DNA of 64,000 bases from Oculina patagonica (lineage: Eukaryota): contig NC_135762.1 in NCBI RefSeq assembly GCF_052425735.1, forward strand, positions 5,952,001-6,016,000, given 5' to 3'. Numbering within the stretch: position 1 is the stretch's first letter; each line of letters starts with the position of its first letter. The notes beneath the pieces are model-generated. The model was not told where the DNA came from. It was given only the letters and a program-made list of their open reading frames with translations, and made no database searches. Positions 25,511 to 36,600 of this stretch are shown here, in pieces. The translations under genes and the position numbers were made by a program.

Positions 25511-27436
25511 ATTAGTTATTTTACATCCATAGTGTCTTACCTACAGTATAATTTGTACAAAATATGTGCTATTTACAGATTACACATATACATGACATTC
25601 ACCTTAGTTTACTCTTGAAGTTTCAAAAAGTGACCAAGAGTTTGGTGTGAGTGTAAGCCTTTTATCACCTTCTCTGTTTTAAGTGACTGAAAACTGTAAT
25701 GTGGCAAAGTCTTTTATGTTATAAATGTCATGTATTTGTGCAGCTGTCAGGGTACAAAGCCAAAACTCAATACCTACAACAATACTTGACACACTCCAAA
25801 ACACTCTAAAGCACTAAACTTGTACAATACAATTGACTTGTTACCCTGACAGCATAAGGCCTTGGGCACACTTCAAGGTGATTTTGTCACAAGTAACATT
25901 GATTATATTGCTGCAAGTAATTTTTGAAACTGCAGTTGGGTATAATAGTTAAATTATAGCCAAGTGTGTGGCTTCAAAGATTGCTTGCAACAACATAACA
26001 ATCACTGTAACAAATTTTGTAACTCTGATTGCAGGTGACAAAAATTTCCCAGAATGTGCCAGGCCTTGGGTGGCTTGTAATGGTTAACAGCCTTTGCATT
26101 TTAATGAATTCATACTTCCATCCTATACAAGTTGATGCTCAAGTCATGGTGAAACAGATAAAATTTCCTTGAACAGCGTTCATTTGTTACCATCAACTTA
26201 TGTGTAAGGATGAAATTCCCATCAAAGCACAAAAGCTGTCAACCATTACATGCCATTTGAGGACCTTATTAAGAATTCCACACTAGTAAACATTTAAAGC
26301 CAAACAATCCTTTGCTGAGAGGCCCTTTTTCATGCACTTCACAACATATACATTCATGGGGTAGCACTTATAAAACATAATTACCACATAACCCCTTCAT
26401 TGTTAACTTGCAATTTAAGCAACTCTGCCTGAAAAACTATACATCCAAAGTTGTGGAATTCTGAAAAAGGTACTTCACAGTTCATCTTGACTTTTAATGT
26501 TAAGTCAAATTGGTTGTTGCTCGCAAGCAACATTCACCAGTTGTAGCTCTGATTGTATTGAGCAATATAAATTCCTCGGTCCTATATATCACCTCTTGTG
26601 GTTTTAGGGCTAGGTGCAAATGGTTTGTTTCTTTAGCATCTTAATTTTTATTTATCTTGTTTAGAAAATTAATAAGATAATTTAACCTTTTCTTGCCTTT
26701 GATAAGAAGACCTCGAACTGGTCAACAAAGGATTAGTTTTTAAAGTCAGTAGTGTCCAAATGACCAATTTAATGTTTTCACGCTAACAACTACATTATAT
26801 CAGTGCAAATCACAGTAAATTGTAATGGCATAATGTACCATTTATCTCATGTCTGAATAATGCTACAGAAACGACCTATGCAACAGGCAGTGAGAAAATG
26901 AGGTGTTATTTATGGTTCTGTTTTCTTTTTTGCTAACTACTGACACTAAATAACAATCTACTACTTGTTCAATTTTGTACTTGTCATTATATTTGATTTT
27001 GCATAATCAATTTCTCTACCATAAATTTTGACTACCTTAGTAAGTAATTATTTAAAATGTGTCTCTTTGTATTAATGTAATTAGCGTAATGTATTGTACT
27101 CTGGCGTTGTATTGTAAGTAAGAATTATATTTCAGATTTAAAAAAAAATTAATAAAATAAAATAAATTTTGACTACCTGCAATCACTTAAATTGTTCGTG
27201 TCATTTAAAAAACAAAACTAGTTGCTACTGCTCTACAAATTAAAGGCAAGACCAGTGTCTAATTTAAGTAATGACTGGCTTGAATTTTCATTATCCTTTC
27301 ATTATATCATGGGAGTTAGCTAATATGCATGATTATTAGTAATATTACATATCTACCTTTTTTTCGTTTTTTTTTTTTTTTTAATTTTATGAATCTAATT
27401 GAAAAAAAAAATGTTTATTTTAAATAAAAAAGTGTA

Positions 27437-27838
27437 CTGTATTTATTTGATTAAGCGCCCACCTGGAATGAGCGCCCACCCTGAAGGTAAGAAAAGTTAA
27501 TAAGCGCCCAGCCTTGAATAAGTGCCCACCCCCCACCCCACAAAAAAACTAAAGTGCACAAGAGGAGTATTGATCATTAAAATTTACTTAGTACTACTAA
27601 GCAAACTTCCGCCATGACTGGGTTTTGTTAGTATTTTACAGAAACTTTCAATGAACAGTAAAATTCTGCTTTGGTACATCTTCACGTTTTGTCATTATTT
27701 ACGTAACAAATATAAACTTACTATTTGCTGAAAATCGTGAAAATTTAATAAGCGCCCAGCCTCGAATAAGTGCCCACTCTCAAGGTCCAAAAATTTAATA
27801 AGTGCCCAGGGTGCACGTGCTTGATCGAATAAATACGG
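27437..27838. mobile_element. Tc1/pogo-type MITE
   Basis: TA|CTGTATTTATTTGATT ... GATCGAATAAATACGG|TA; repeated internal TAAG(C/T)GCCC motifs. Confidence 0.6.
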
Positions 27839-28627
27839 TATATACAGTACAGTCAAAGTCAAATCTTTTGTGAATATGGATACTGAATGTCCCGAGTGTC
27901 TCCATTGTAGAGTGGTTGGTCAGGTACACAGGCCATAATAATGATAATGTGCATATTATGGACTTAGGTGTTTGTGAGGTGAGGTTTGACTGTATATTTG
28001 TGCATAATTTAGGTTCATTATACTACAGTGTGTATAATTTTTTGTTACAGATCCTTTTGTCTGCAAGCTGTACTGATATTGATAGAGACAAAGAAAAACA
28101 CTTACTTTCTCATGGAGACTGGATTAATTGAATATATTAAAGGTCCCATTGACATGTTACACATTACAAGTTGAAAGGTATGAAATCAATGTTATGTTGC
28201 TACCAATTTACTCAAAAAGTGCAATTAGTTGTTGTTTATAAGTGAGTTTGTGTTGTTGTTTTTGTTTTTATCATATTAACAAAAAGAGTACATGTTTCTA
28301 TAAATCAAAATTTGTTTTTAATGTCATTAACTGTCCAAGTAAAGACCATCCTTAAAGATAAGAAGCACCTCAACAAAAGTAAAAAAAATAGTACATGCCA
28401 TGTACTATTTTTTGGAGACTCTGAAATACAGTAATGAGAACTTCTAAATGATGGCACATCTATTGATAAAAATAGAAATGTATGTAGTAAATTTATTATT
28501 ATTCATTAAGTGTTGTAGTCCAGGTTAGGGAAGTTTATAAAAGAACTGACAGTTCTTTTAAACACTACCCTCACCCAGATGATCACACTTAGCTGAACTA
28601 CTAATGTTCCTAGATTCATACCATTTA

Positions 28628-28803
28628 CAGTGGAACCCCGATATAACGATCTTTGATATAACGATATTCCCGATATAACGATGAATATGTTATGTCCCGG
28701 CAATAGTAAAATGTATGGGACGGAACCCCGATATAACGATTCCTCGATATAACGATATAATTTTACTGCCCCCTTGGCATATTGTTATATCGGGGTTCCA
28801 CTG
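28628..28803. mobile_element. Tigger/pogo-type MITE
   Basis: TA|CAGTGGAACCCCGATATAAC ... GTTATATCGGGGTTCCACTG|TA; internal GATATAACGA repeats. Confidence 0.8.
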
Positions 28804-28870
28804 TACTATGAAAATGTATGATGTTTTTGTTATACTTGAGTATTCAGTAAGTTACTTTTCGCTGCCTCCA

Positions 28871-30971
28871 TCATCCAGACTTCAGTGTTGTCTCTCCAGT
28901 GACAGCTAGCTTAGTGACATAAAATGAAATGGAAACATTGATTTTATTATACTGTTCAGTAATGTATACAATTCACCCTTAGTTTTACAGTCATTTTAGA
29001 ACATTATTTGATTATACAGTTTGCATTTCTGAATGCTGATCAGTTGAGAGTGTAAAAGATGTGAGCATGGTATATTAATAACCAAGCTGCAATGTACAAA
29101 GTTAGACAGGCAAAATTTTTAGAAGGCTTTGAAATTAAATGTTTTTTCAGCTATGACTTTAATAACATACAAGACGATAGATTTTACTCATAACAGCTTA
29201 AAGAGCTCTAGTCTCTTGACTAAGCAAGACCATACTTAACTTAGTTATTTTTTAGGTTATACTTTACTGGAGTTAGTCCTTCATGATATTTATGGTGGTT
29301 TGGTTTCAGTCTAACTTAACTTACCAGATATAAAATAGCTCTGTATTTGTCTCCAATTAATGCTGTCCTGAAGACTAAAGAAAAGAGAAGAGAAATTAAT
29401 AGGAGTATTTTGTTCTAACCAGGTGCAAATATATCAAATAATGTAGACAGAACTGGTTTAAGATGGCTTCATATGATTGTAGACCTTCCTATCACTGATA
29501 TCCTATCAATTCTATCACAGCAAACCAATAACATTGACAAAAACTGTTTAGCACGAATGTATGTAGCAGCAACCACTGATCAACATGAGATCACTGTGAT
29601 GCCAAAATTAATTAATTAATTAATTGCCAAAGCTCACAAACGTACTGTCTTTTTTGGCTAAATTTAAGGTTAGTTATTTATAACATTCACACTAACTCAA
29701 TCTTCTTCACCTCCCTTCAGAGGCAAATGTGTTTGTAAAAACTGTCAGTGGGGTTCAGAGACAGCTTCAGTTTGTAAGAATTGTGGTTACTCTGAAAGCC
29801 TTTGAGGAATTTAAAATGTCATTTTAGACATAAAAAGGCATCAAAAGGTTGAATCTTAATTTATTCCTTGACAAGTGCTCCAACATTTTGTACTACCGGT
29901 ATTTAATCTTTGTCAACATCTAACTGTGAATATAGAATGCCAAAGATGAAAAGGTCGAAAAGTACTGTCAACCACATTATTTTTTATTAATATGTTATTT
30001 ATAAATAATTGGAAACAATTTACCCAAATTGATATCAGCATTCTTTGAATGATGTGGCGATATTTTAACGTCAATCTCAGATGATGTTGACAAACTTCTC
30101 CTGGTTCACACAGGGATACTACCAACACTTGGACTGTGGGTCCAGGAATTCTGTTCTGGCATAAGGACTTTATTCGATGCAAGGGAACCTTTTTTAGGGG
30201 AAGAAAAAAGGTAAACTGTAATAAATAAACAGATTGAAAACTAGTGAACAAAAGGTTTGAACAGAAACTAGTCATTTCCAAACTAGTTTGCTAACCTGAA
30301 TCTTCTACTTATATAGTAGTTTTTCTGCAACTTATTTTTCTTATAGCCAACTGTAAATAGTGTAGGTTTTGTTTTTGATTTTATAGAGATTGTAAATAGG
30401 TTCTTATTTTTGTATTTATTGTCATGTTTGTAATGCGCATTTGATTATTTTATGGAAATGCAGAAGTTGTGTTATTATTATGAAGATGATAATTATTATA
30501 ATTTTATTACTGCATAATTATTATATACCACTTTGCAAACATCTTGCGCATTCCGTATTCTGAATTTTTCTTGAGTCTGTGCTAACAGCTGGAACTCCAC
30601 TGTAACACTGTCTTCAAGACAAAGAGGGTGAAAATGTTGAGTACACTGTTGGGTTGAGTACTCATCCCCAAATGAAACAAGATGAAGTTTTATTCCTTGC
30701 TGTTCTTCCATTTGTCTGATCCATGAAGATACCCTTCCCTAGAGAAGGGAGGAAAAAGATGAAGCAAATGGCAAATATGAAGCAAACAGCAAATATGATT
30801 TGAGCTATTATATAAAGTTTATATACTTAACTAGTTTAAAAATCTTGGATTATCAGATTGTGTTCTCTTCAGGCTACATTAGGTAAAGTTGTGACTCTAT
30901 TCTGCATTTCTTTCTTTTTAATGGAGCATTTTTAAATATGTATTTTTTATATACCGGTATATTTATACATA

Positions 30972-31046
<75 letters not shown>

Positions 31047-32720
31047 CCAAAACGTTAAAAGAAACCATAAATGAGATATATTATAAAGTAAAAATTAAAT
31101 TAATAGTACACATTGATAAAACGAACCATACATGCTGTATACCAGTACTTGACAGTCCAACAAATATGTTAGGATTTCTCTTATTAATAAAAATGTCAGT
31201 GGTAGGATTGACTCTACCTTTTGGGAATCTTCTACAAAGTATAATGAATAGCGCTTTTCATTTGTTGCTGGACAGTCTTGTTCTAATACGAAGAAGGATA
31301 GTGAGGTAGTCGTACATGGTATTTGCACTGATGACTCTGACATATCTGCAAAAGAGAGGTGGTGACACCTCAGTTATAGTATGTAACAAAGCAATTGGCA
31401 ACCAAACAGAAACAATGTAGGCTTTCCTAGGTACAATATTGTTGAATAAGACCTTGCATTCAATTGACATTTTTTGGCTGGTTCAACCTTGAACATGTGG
31501 CAAGTTACAGCTTCATCATCCTTGTGCGAGGGTACTGCACTAACTATACGTCAAGTAAGGTAGTTAATAGTTAAGGTAGTTTAAATTATTATGCTGTTCT
31601 TGTTGAAACAGTTTCAAGGTGTTTTAACTAGCTTTTAAAACTGTTTACAAATAAAGAAAAACAGTGCAGCTGGTGAAGAATTCTTGGCTTTATTTAACCT
31701 ATCATGTTCATCATTGATCTCATGGATACCAAAATGTGGCTAAATAACGGTACACTACTACCAGCACCCATACTTTTTACAGGGTTGCCACAGGTCAGGA
31801 AATGGTCAGGGATAAATAAAATTCTTCAAGGCCAGGGAAAAGTCAGGGAATTTTATTTTGAGTCAAGGAAAATTGACATCTTGAAGAAATGTCAGGAAAA
31901 ATTGGCTGGAAAAAAACATTTCAGGTCAATGTGACCTCTTTGGTCAAGAAAATTTTATTTTTATCAGGGAAAAGTCAGGGAATTTTGAAAACTGATGTCT
32001 GTGGCAACCATGTTTAAATTTGAAAGTAACATGTCTTGTGTCATAGTTGATCCACCTTGAAATGCTTCTCTTTGGATTTTAATGTCCGTTATGCGGCTAA
32101 TGTTGAACAGTCGATAGCGTGAGAACTAATTATTAGCAGCGGTACATGATGGCTTACTATAAATACTGAACTACCCTATCGAACCCTATCCTTGATAAGC
32201 ATAAACAAACACGACTGAGACCAAGATACTTACTACATACAGGAACCTTCGTTCCATCTCGTCCTGCAGCACCGGGAGTGCGTTGATCTATTGTTTGACA
32301 TAAACAGTCTCTAGATGACTGATTATCTCCAAGAGCTGGCTCTGGCGTTTGAGGAACCCGCACTAGTCCAGTTACAAGAGTCTCTGAAAGTGCCGAACCA
32401 AATGGTTCAGTTTCACTGGCAGACATTGTTGCCGACGCTTCGAGTGCCGAACTACCTCGTCTTTGTTCACGTTTTGTGTCGATCACCTTGCCACACAAGG
32501 GGCACTTAACATCAGTTGCACGAGCTACAGCAGTTCTACTCCTAGTGCAATCGCATGTCTCATTTTCGCGGAATGTATTATTTGTATCTTCCCCGTAAAA
32601 CGGTGATCGTTGTTCTGCAGATTGTGGTGTTGGAGGTTTCCTGTTGTCATCTTCTACAAGGGTTTCGCACGGCTGCTCGCCACTTGCTTCCCCTATTGCT
32701 AAAACCTCTTGTTGGTTCAT
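28871..32720 (-). CDS. Cytosolic UPA-like protein A (adaptor A): low-complexity N-terminus with CPLC, UPA-like domain, no death fold
   Basis: Exons 32720-32234, 31345-31218, 30738-~30529, 30188-30024, 29367-29325, 28905-28871, phases 1,0,0,0,1. Exon-for-exon paralog of the gene at 40202-43732 (LCLEDSVTVEF ~ LAIKDVLTVRF; RIPGPTVQV ~ RVFPGASVKL; both have a 43-nt exon ending YFIS/YFS). YSLYFVEDS...EEQQGIKL resembles the UPA segment of the neighbouring receptors. The start codon is uncertain. Confidence 0.7.
30972..31046. repeat. (TAT)n microsatellite, about 25 units
   Basis: Pure TAT/TTA run inside an intron of adaptor A. Confidence 0.95.
31780..32012. mobile_element. hAT-like MITE
   Basis: CAGGGTTGCCACA ... 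TGTGGCAACCATG; internal CAGGGAAAAGTCAGGGAATTTT repeats. Confidence 0.6.
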
Positions 32721-33641
32721 TTCTGTACTATCGGAGACTCCATCTGCATCGTTTGGAACTCCATCTTCCGCCTAAAACAGAGAAAAATGTTTAAGCATAC
32801 GTCAACTATCCTTCTGTCACCTATCGGAACAAATCTGCGTTCGTCCGCTTTCGTTTTGTTGCCATTGTGCTTCCCATGTATCGGGACCCCTTACGTACAT
32901 GTAATATCATGTACAGTTAGGACAACGGCATGGTTGGAAGGTCCCTAAGGTATATTTTGGGCAAAGTGATTCTAAGCATCAGTTTCGTATAGTTCCCGGC
33001 CGTGTATAGTTCAGTTGTGGAACTTCCGACATTGTTATTTCGAAAGTGATAGTGGGGAAAACTCCCTTCTTGGTCGGCTCGCTTGATTCGCCATTTTTCT
33101 TAAAATATAAAACGAAAAAAACGTCTTTACCACAGTGAAAGGCAAACTAAATTGAAAGGAACGCCTTCATTTACCGTATTGTTTCTTGTTTCTCTCGAAG
33201 TCATTTTAGTATCTTCGTTCTGATTCTTCGTAGCGTTTTATCTTTGACTTCAAGTACGGGATATTTTCATAAATGTCACCTGATATCAAATAGAAGGTGA
33301 CTGCTGATTGGGTATAATAATTCTTATTGTCTTTCAATAGAACGGATTGGTCAATTCGGAACGGGAAAACCCCCACCTTGATTCCACGAAAACGAAAGTA
33401 CGATTACGAATATTCTAGAATTAGGCTGGATTTTCACGATAGAAAAAGCATAAAAACTTGCAGCAGTTAATTTTGTCTTTTGTGAAAAAGCCTCGTACTA
33501 TTTTAAATATTATTTTCTTTGAGCCGCGTTTGGATAGTGATTGATATAGCCAGATATATTTATCGGTTTGTGTGACCAGAAGGGTGTCACTGCCGCCATT
33601 GAACAAAGTAACTCGCAGTTTACTCTGCCCAAGTCAACGGA
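32721..33641. promoter_or_regulatory. Divergent promoter region of pair 1 with kappaB-like and IRF-like sites
   Basis: GGGGAAAACTCCC 33054-33066; ATTGG (CCAAT) boxes near 33307 and 33346; GGGAAAACCCC 33363-33373; GAAAACGAAAGT (IRF-E/ISRE-like) 33388-33399. Confidence 0.55.
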
Positions 33642-36600
33642 ATGCGGATTTGGCAAATAGGAAAGTGTATTTTTATCTGTTTTATGGTAAGTTTATCGCC
33701 CTTTATTTTTTGACCAAAGAGTCAACTTAACAAAGAGTAGGGATATGTTATATTTTGAAATGAAAGCACGCTTATTGAATGTGAACATTGTTTTATGCTT
33801 TACCAACGATCTCAAATCCTAGATTATACAGACGAAGTGAATATTTCTTTGACCTGCTTTGCACCTTTTAAAATATGCAGACACACACAACCATTTTCAT
33901 GTTTTCCTACAGGTCAACCAAGCCTTTGCTGCACAGGTTTGCCAAGATGACCAACTTTCAGTAGAATTTCCAGATGGTAATATTACCTGTTTGAAGTGTC
34001 CAATCTGCCCTCCAGGATCTGGTGCAACGGCCCCTTGTGGCAGCACAGTAGCATACAATGCCTCAGTTGAGTGTAAAGATTGCCTGCCAGAGCACTATTC
34101 TGATTCATTCTCCTCAGAGAGTTGCAAGCCTTGCTCCACATGTATGCCAGATGAAGTCATTGTGGCAAAATGTACTAAACGTTCCGACACACGTTGTAGC
34201 TGCAAGCCTTGCCCAAAGGGGTATTACCGTAATGTAACTATGTCCAAATGCCTTCCTTGCTCAGGCTGTTGCCTGGATGGTAAGGATGTTGTCGTGCCAC
34301 AGTGTGTAAGTCAAGGGATGCCACAAACTCAATCATGTAGTTACCACAAGAGTAAACCCTGTAGGTCCAAGTGCTGGTACGATGAGATGACAATTAAAAA
34401 ACATGGTGGCAAGCACATCTGTTTGCCCTGCCCAGTTTGTTCTAATGAATTTGGCCTTACCAAGCCTTGTGGAGGCTTCATTTATGATGATGTGGTTCCC
34501 AAATGTGAACGGCCCACTTTGGGGAAAACGTTTATTAATCAACAAGGGATCCTGCAGTCTTGCAAAACCTGCTCAAATGGAGAAGAAGTCATTGTCAATT
34601 GTTCTGCTAAATCTGATACAATTTGTGGTGGATGCAAGCCAGGTTTCTACTTTAATGATCAATCAAAGAGCTGTGAGGAATGCTTTTGGTGTTGTAGCCA
34701 TGGTGACAGTCAGAAGATAAAGAATTGTATCAGAGAAGGAATGTTATTTGCACAGGTTTATCATACTTCTCTACCCAGACAGCTTCTTTTGCCATCGCAA
34801 GTTAATATGCAACTTGGTCAAGTTAATCAAGAACAAGGATATCTAATGGCTTTCTTGAAACTTGATAAATCAACAATCAGTGCATCTGGTGCTTTTTTAA
34901 TTATGTTTCTCTTGGCTATAAGTTTTTTTGTTCAAAGAAGAAAGGATTATGGAAGTAAAGAAGGAAATGTTAATAATTACGAAACAATGGAGTGTATGCC
35001 ACCACAGAAAAAATGCCTCCCCGAAAATATAGAAACAGAGCAAACTAGTGGTGAGTTAAACTATTAACCATTCATTAAGGCTTTATTTTTTGTGTGTGCA
35101 ATGCTTTTTCTCTTTCGGTGTACATTGCTTTCCCCTTTATTCTCAGCTTGATTGCTTGAAAAGAACATTTTCTATCTCCATTTTGTTAGTTGTCATTTCT
35201 TTGTGAAGAGATAGACACTATCAACTGTACCCTGCCTCTTTAACCATCTTTGTTGTAATATTTAGATTGTGCATTGTTAGTCTAATTATTTTATATATAT
35301 CTGTGTATGTTTTGATGATATATTGTACTCTTTATAGATTCCAAGGAAGTGGACTCGGAATACCCTGTAAAACACAGTCCTGGCCATGTAGTATTTGAGA
35401 AGACAGGAGTTGAAGTTATTTCTCTTGATAGCAACAAATCTGCCCTTCAACATGTGGCAATTAGTGATTTCTTTTTGCAAGCCATTTCAGACTGCCTGGA
35501 TTTTCCTGGTTTGCTTGAAGATGGTGAGTTGTGTCTTAGCCCAATTATAAATTTTTTTTCAAGTACCAAGTTGGATGGACCCCTTGAGGTTCAGATACCC
35601 CATGGTGCAAATATGGTACTCTCAAGTAAGAAGTGGAAAGTCATTCTGAAGGAGTTCCGAAACAACAAGTGGGTTGTTGTTAGTGATGTGGATGGGCATG
35701 GAGTAAAAAAGTTTGTCCCTAAAAGCAACCATGTCAGTTTTGAGACAGATCACCTCTCGACATTTGCAGTTGTTGGATACTGTGATAAGAATTCTTCATC
35801 GTCAGTGTTGAAAAGAATGAAAGTTATGGCATTCTGCAGTGAGACCAGAGTTGGAGAAGATCTTGTTGTGAGGCTGTACTGCTTTGATGATTGTGAATGG
35901 TCCTTTGAGGTAAGCTTTTGAGATATGCAAGGTCCTTTTACATAACACTGGATTTTTGGTAGGGCTTGTTTAAAATTGGTCCACCAAAGCTAATAAACTA
36001 CCTACGGTACTTAGATAGTCCAACCACAGATAAAAGTGGAAACCGGCGGCAGTTTTATCTGAACCCTGTGTAGTGTAAATGGGCCCCAAAATACATAAAT
36101 CTGTCTAGTTTTGCTATTCATATCCTTTCCTGTTTCTTACAGGGAACACGCAAAAATAGTGGGTAGGTGTTAAAACTCCTTAAATGAAGTACTGGGGAAT
36201 TGAGGTGATAAAGAAGGGTATAAATGATCACATGGCTTGAAGGAGGGACCACAAATAGTAATATTATAACTCTTTGCTCATTAAAAGTCACTCCATAACT
36301 TCCAATAACATCCTCAGCCACATGGCCTTTGGGTATAGTCTTCATTTGTGGTTATGTTACTTTGTTTAAAGAAAGGAGGGATGTATTACACTGAACATAA
36401 CGTCTGTCAAAAAGCATGTTACTTTATTGGTGCATGTATCTCTTTACCTTCTCTTTACGAAACAGAGACTGATGAAAGCAGAACAGGAGAAGGGAGGAAA
36501 GCTTATCTCTTCAATTGAATCTCTTGATTTTTCTGTTACTTGTGAAGAAGATGTGGACATCGCTGTTAAGGATAGTGGTGACTGGAAGCTTGAAAGTGGT

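Noticed and set aside
22200-28600. Short ORFs in the AT-rich interval, searched for a missing CARD exon
   Set aside because: No death-fold-like or otherwise recognisable coding sequence; consistent with UTR or intergenic DNA plus MITEs.
28628-28803. Regularly repeated GATATAACGA units resembling a CRISPR array
   Set aside because: Units are 10 bp, irregularly spaced and inside a TA-flanked TIR element in a eukaryotic genome; no cas genes.
30874-31309. Poly-Asn and poly-Leu ORFs
   Set aside because: They are translations of the intronic (TAT)n microsatellite.
31450-31535. Possible extra adaptor A exon (PSHKDDEAVTCHMFKVEPAKKCQLNA)
   Set aside because: No phase-1 GT donor returns it to frame; direct splicing 32234 to 31345 works and matches the paralog.
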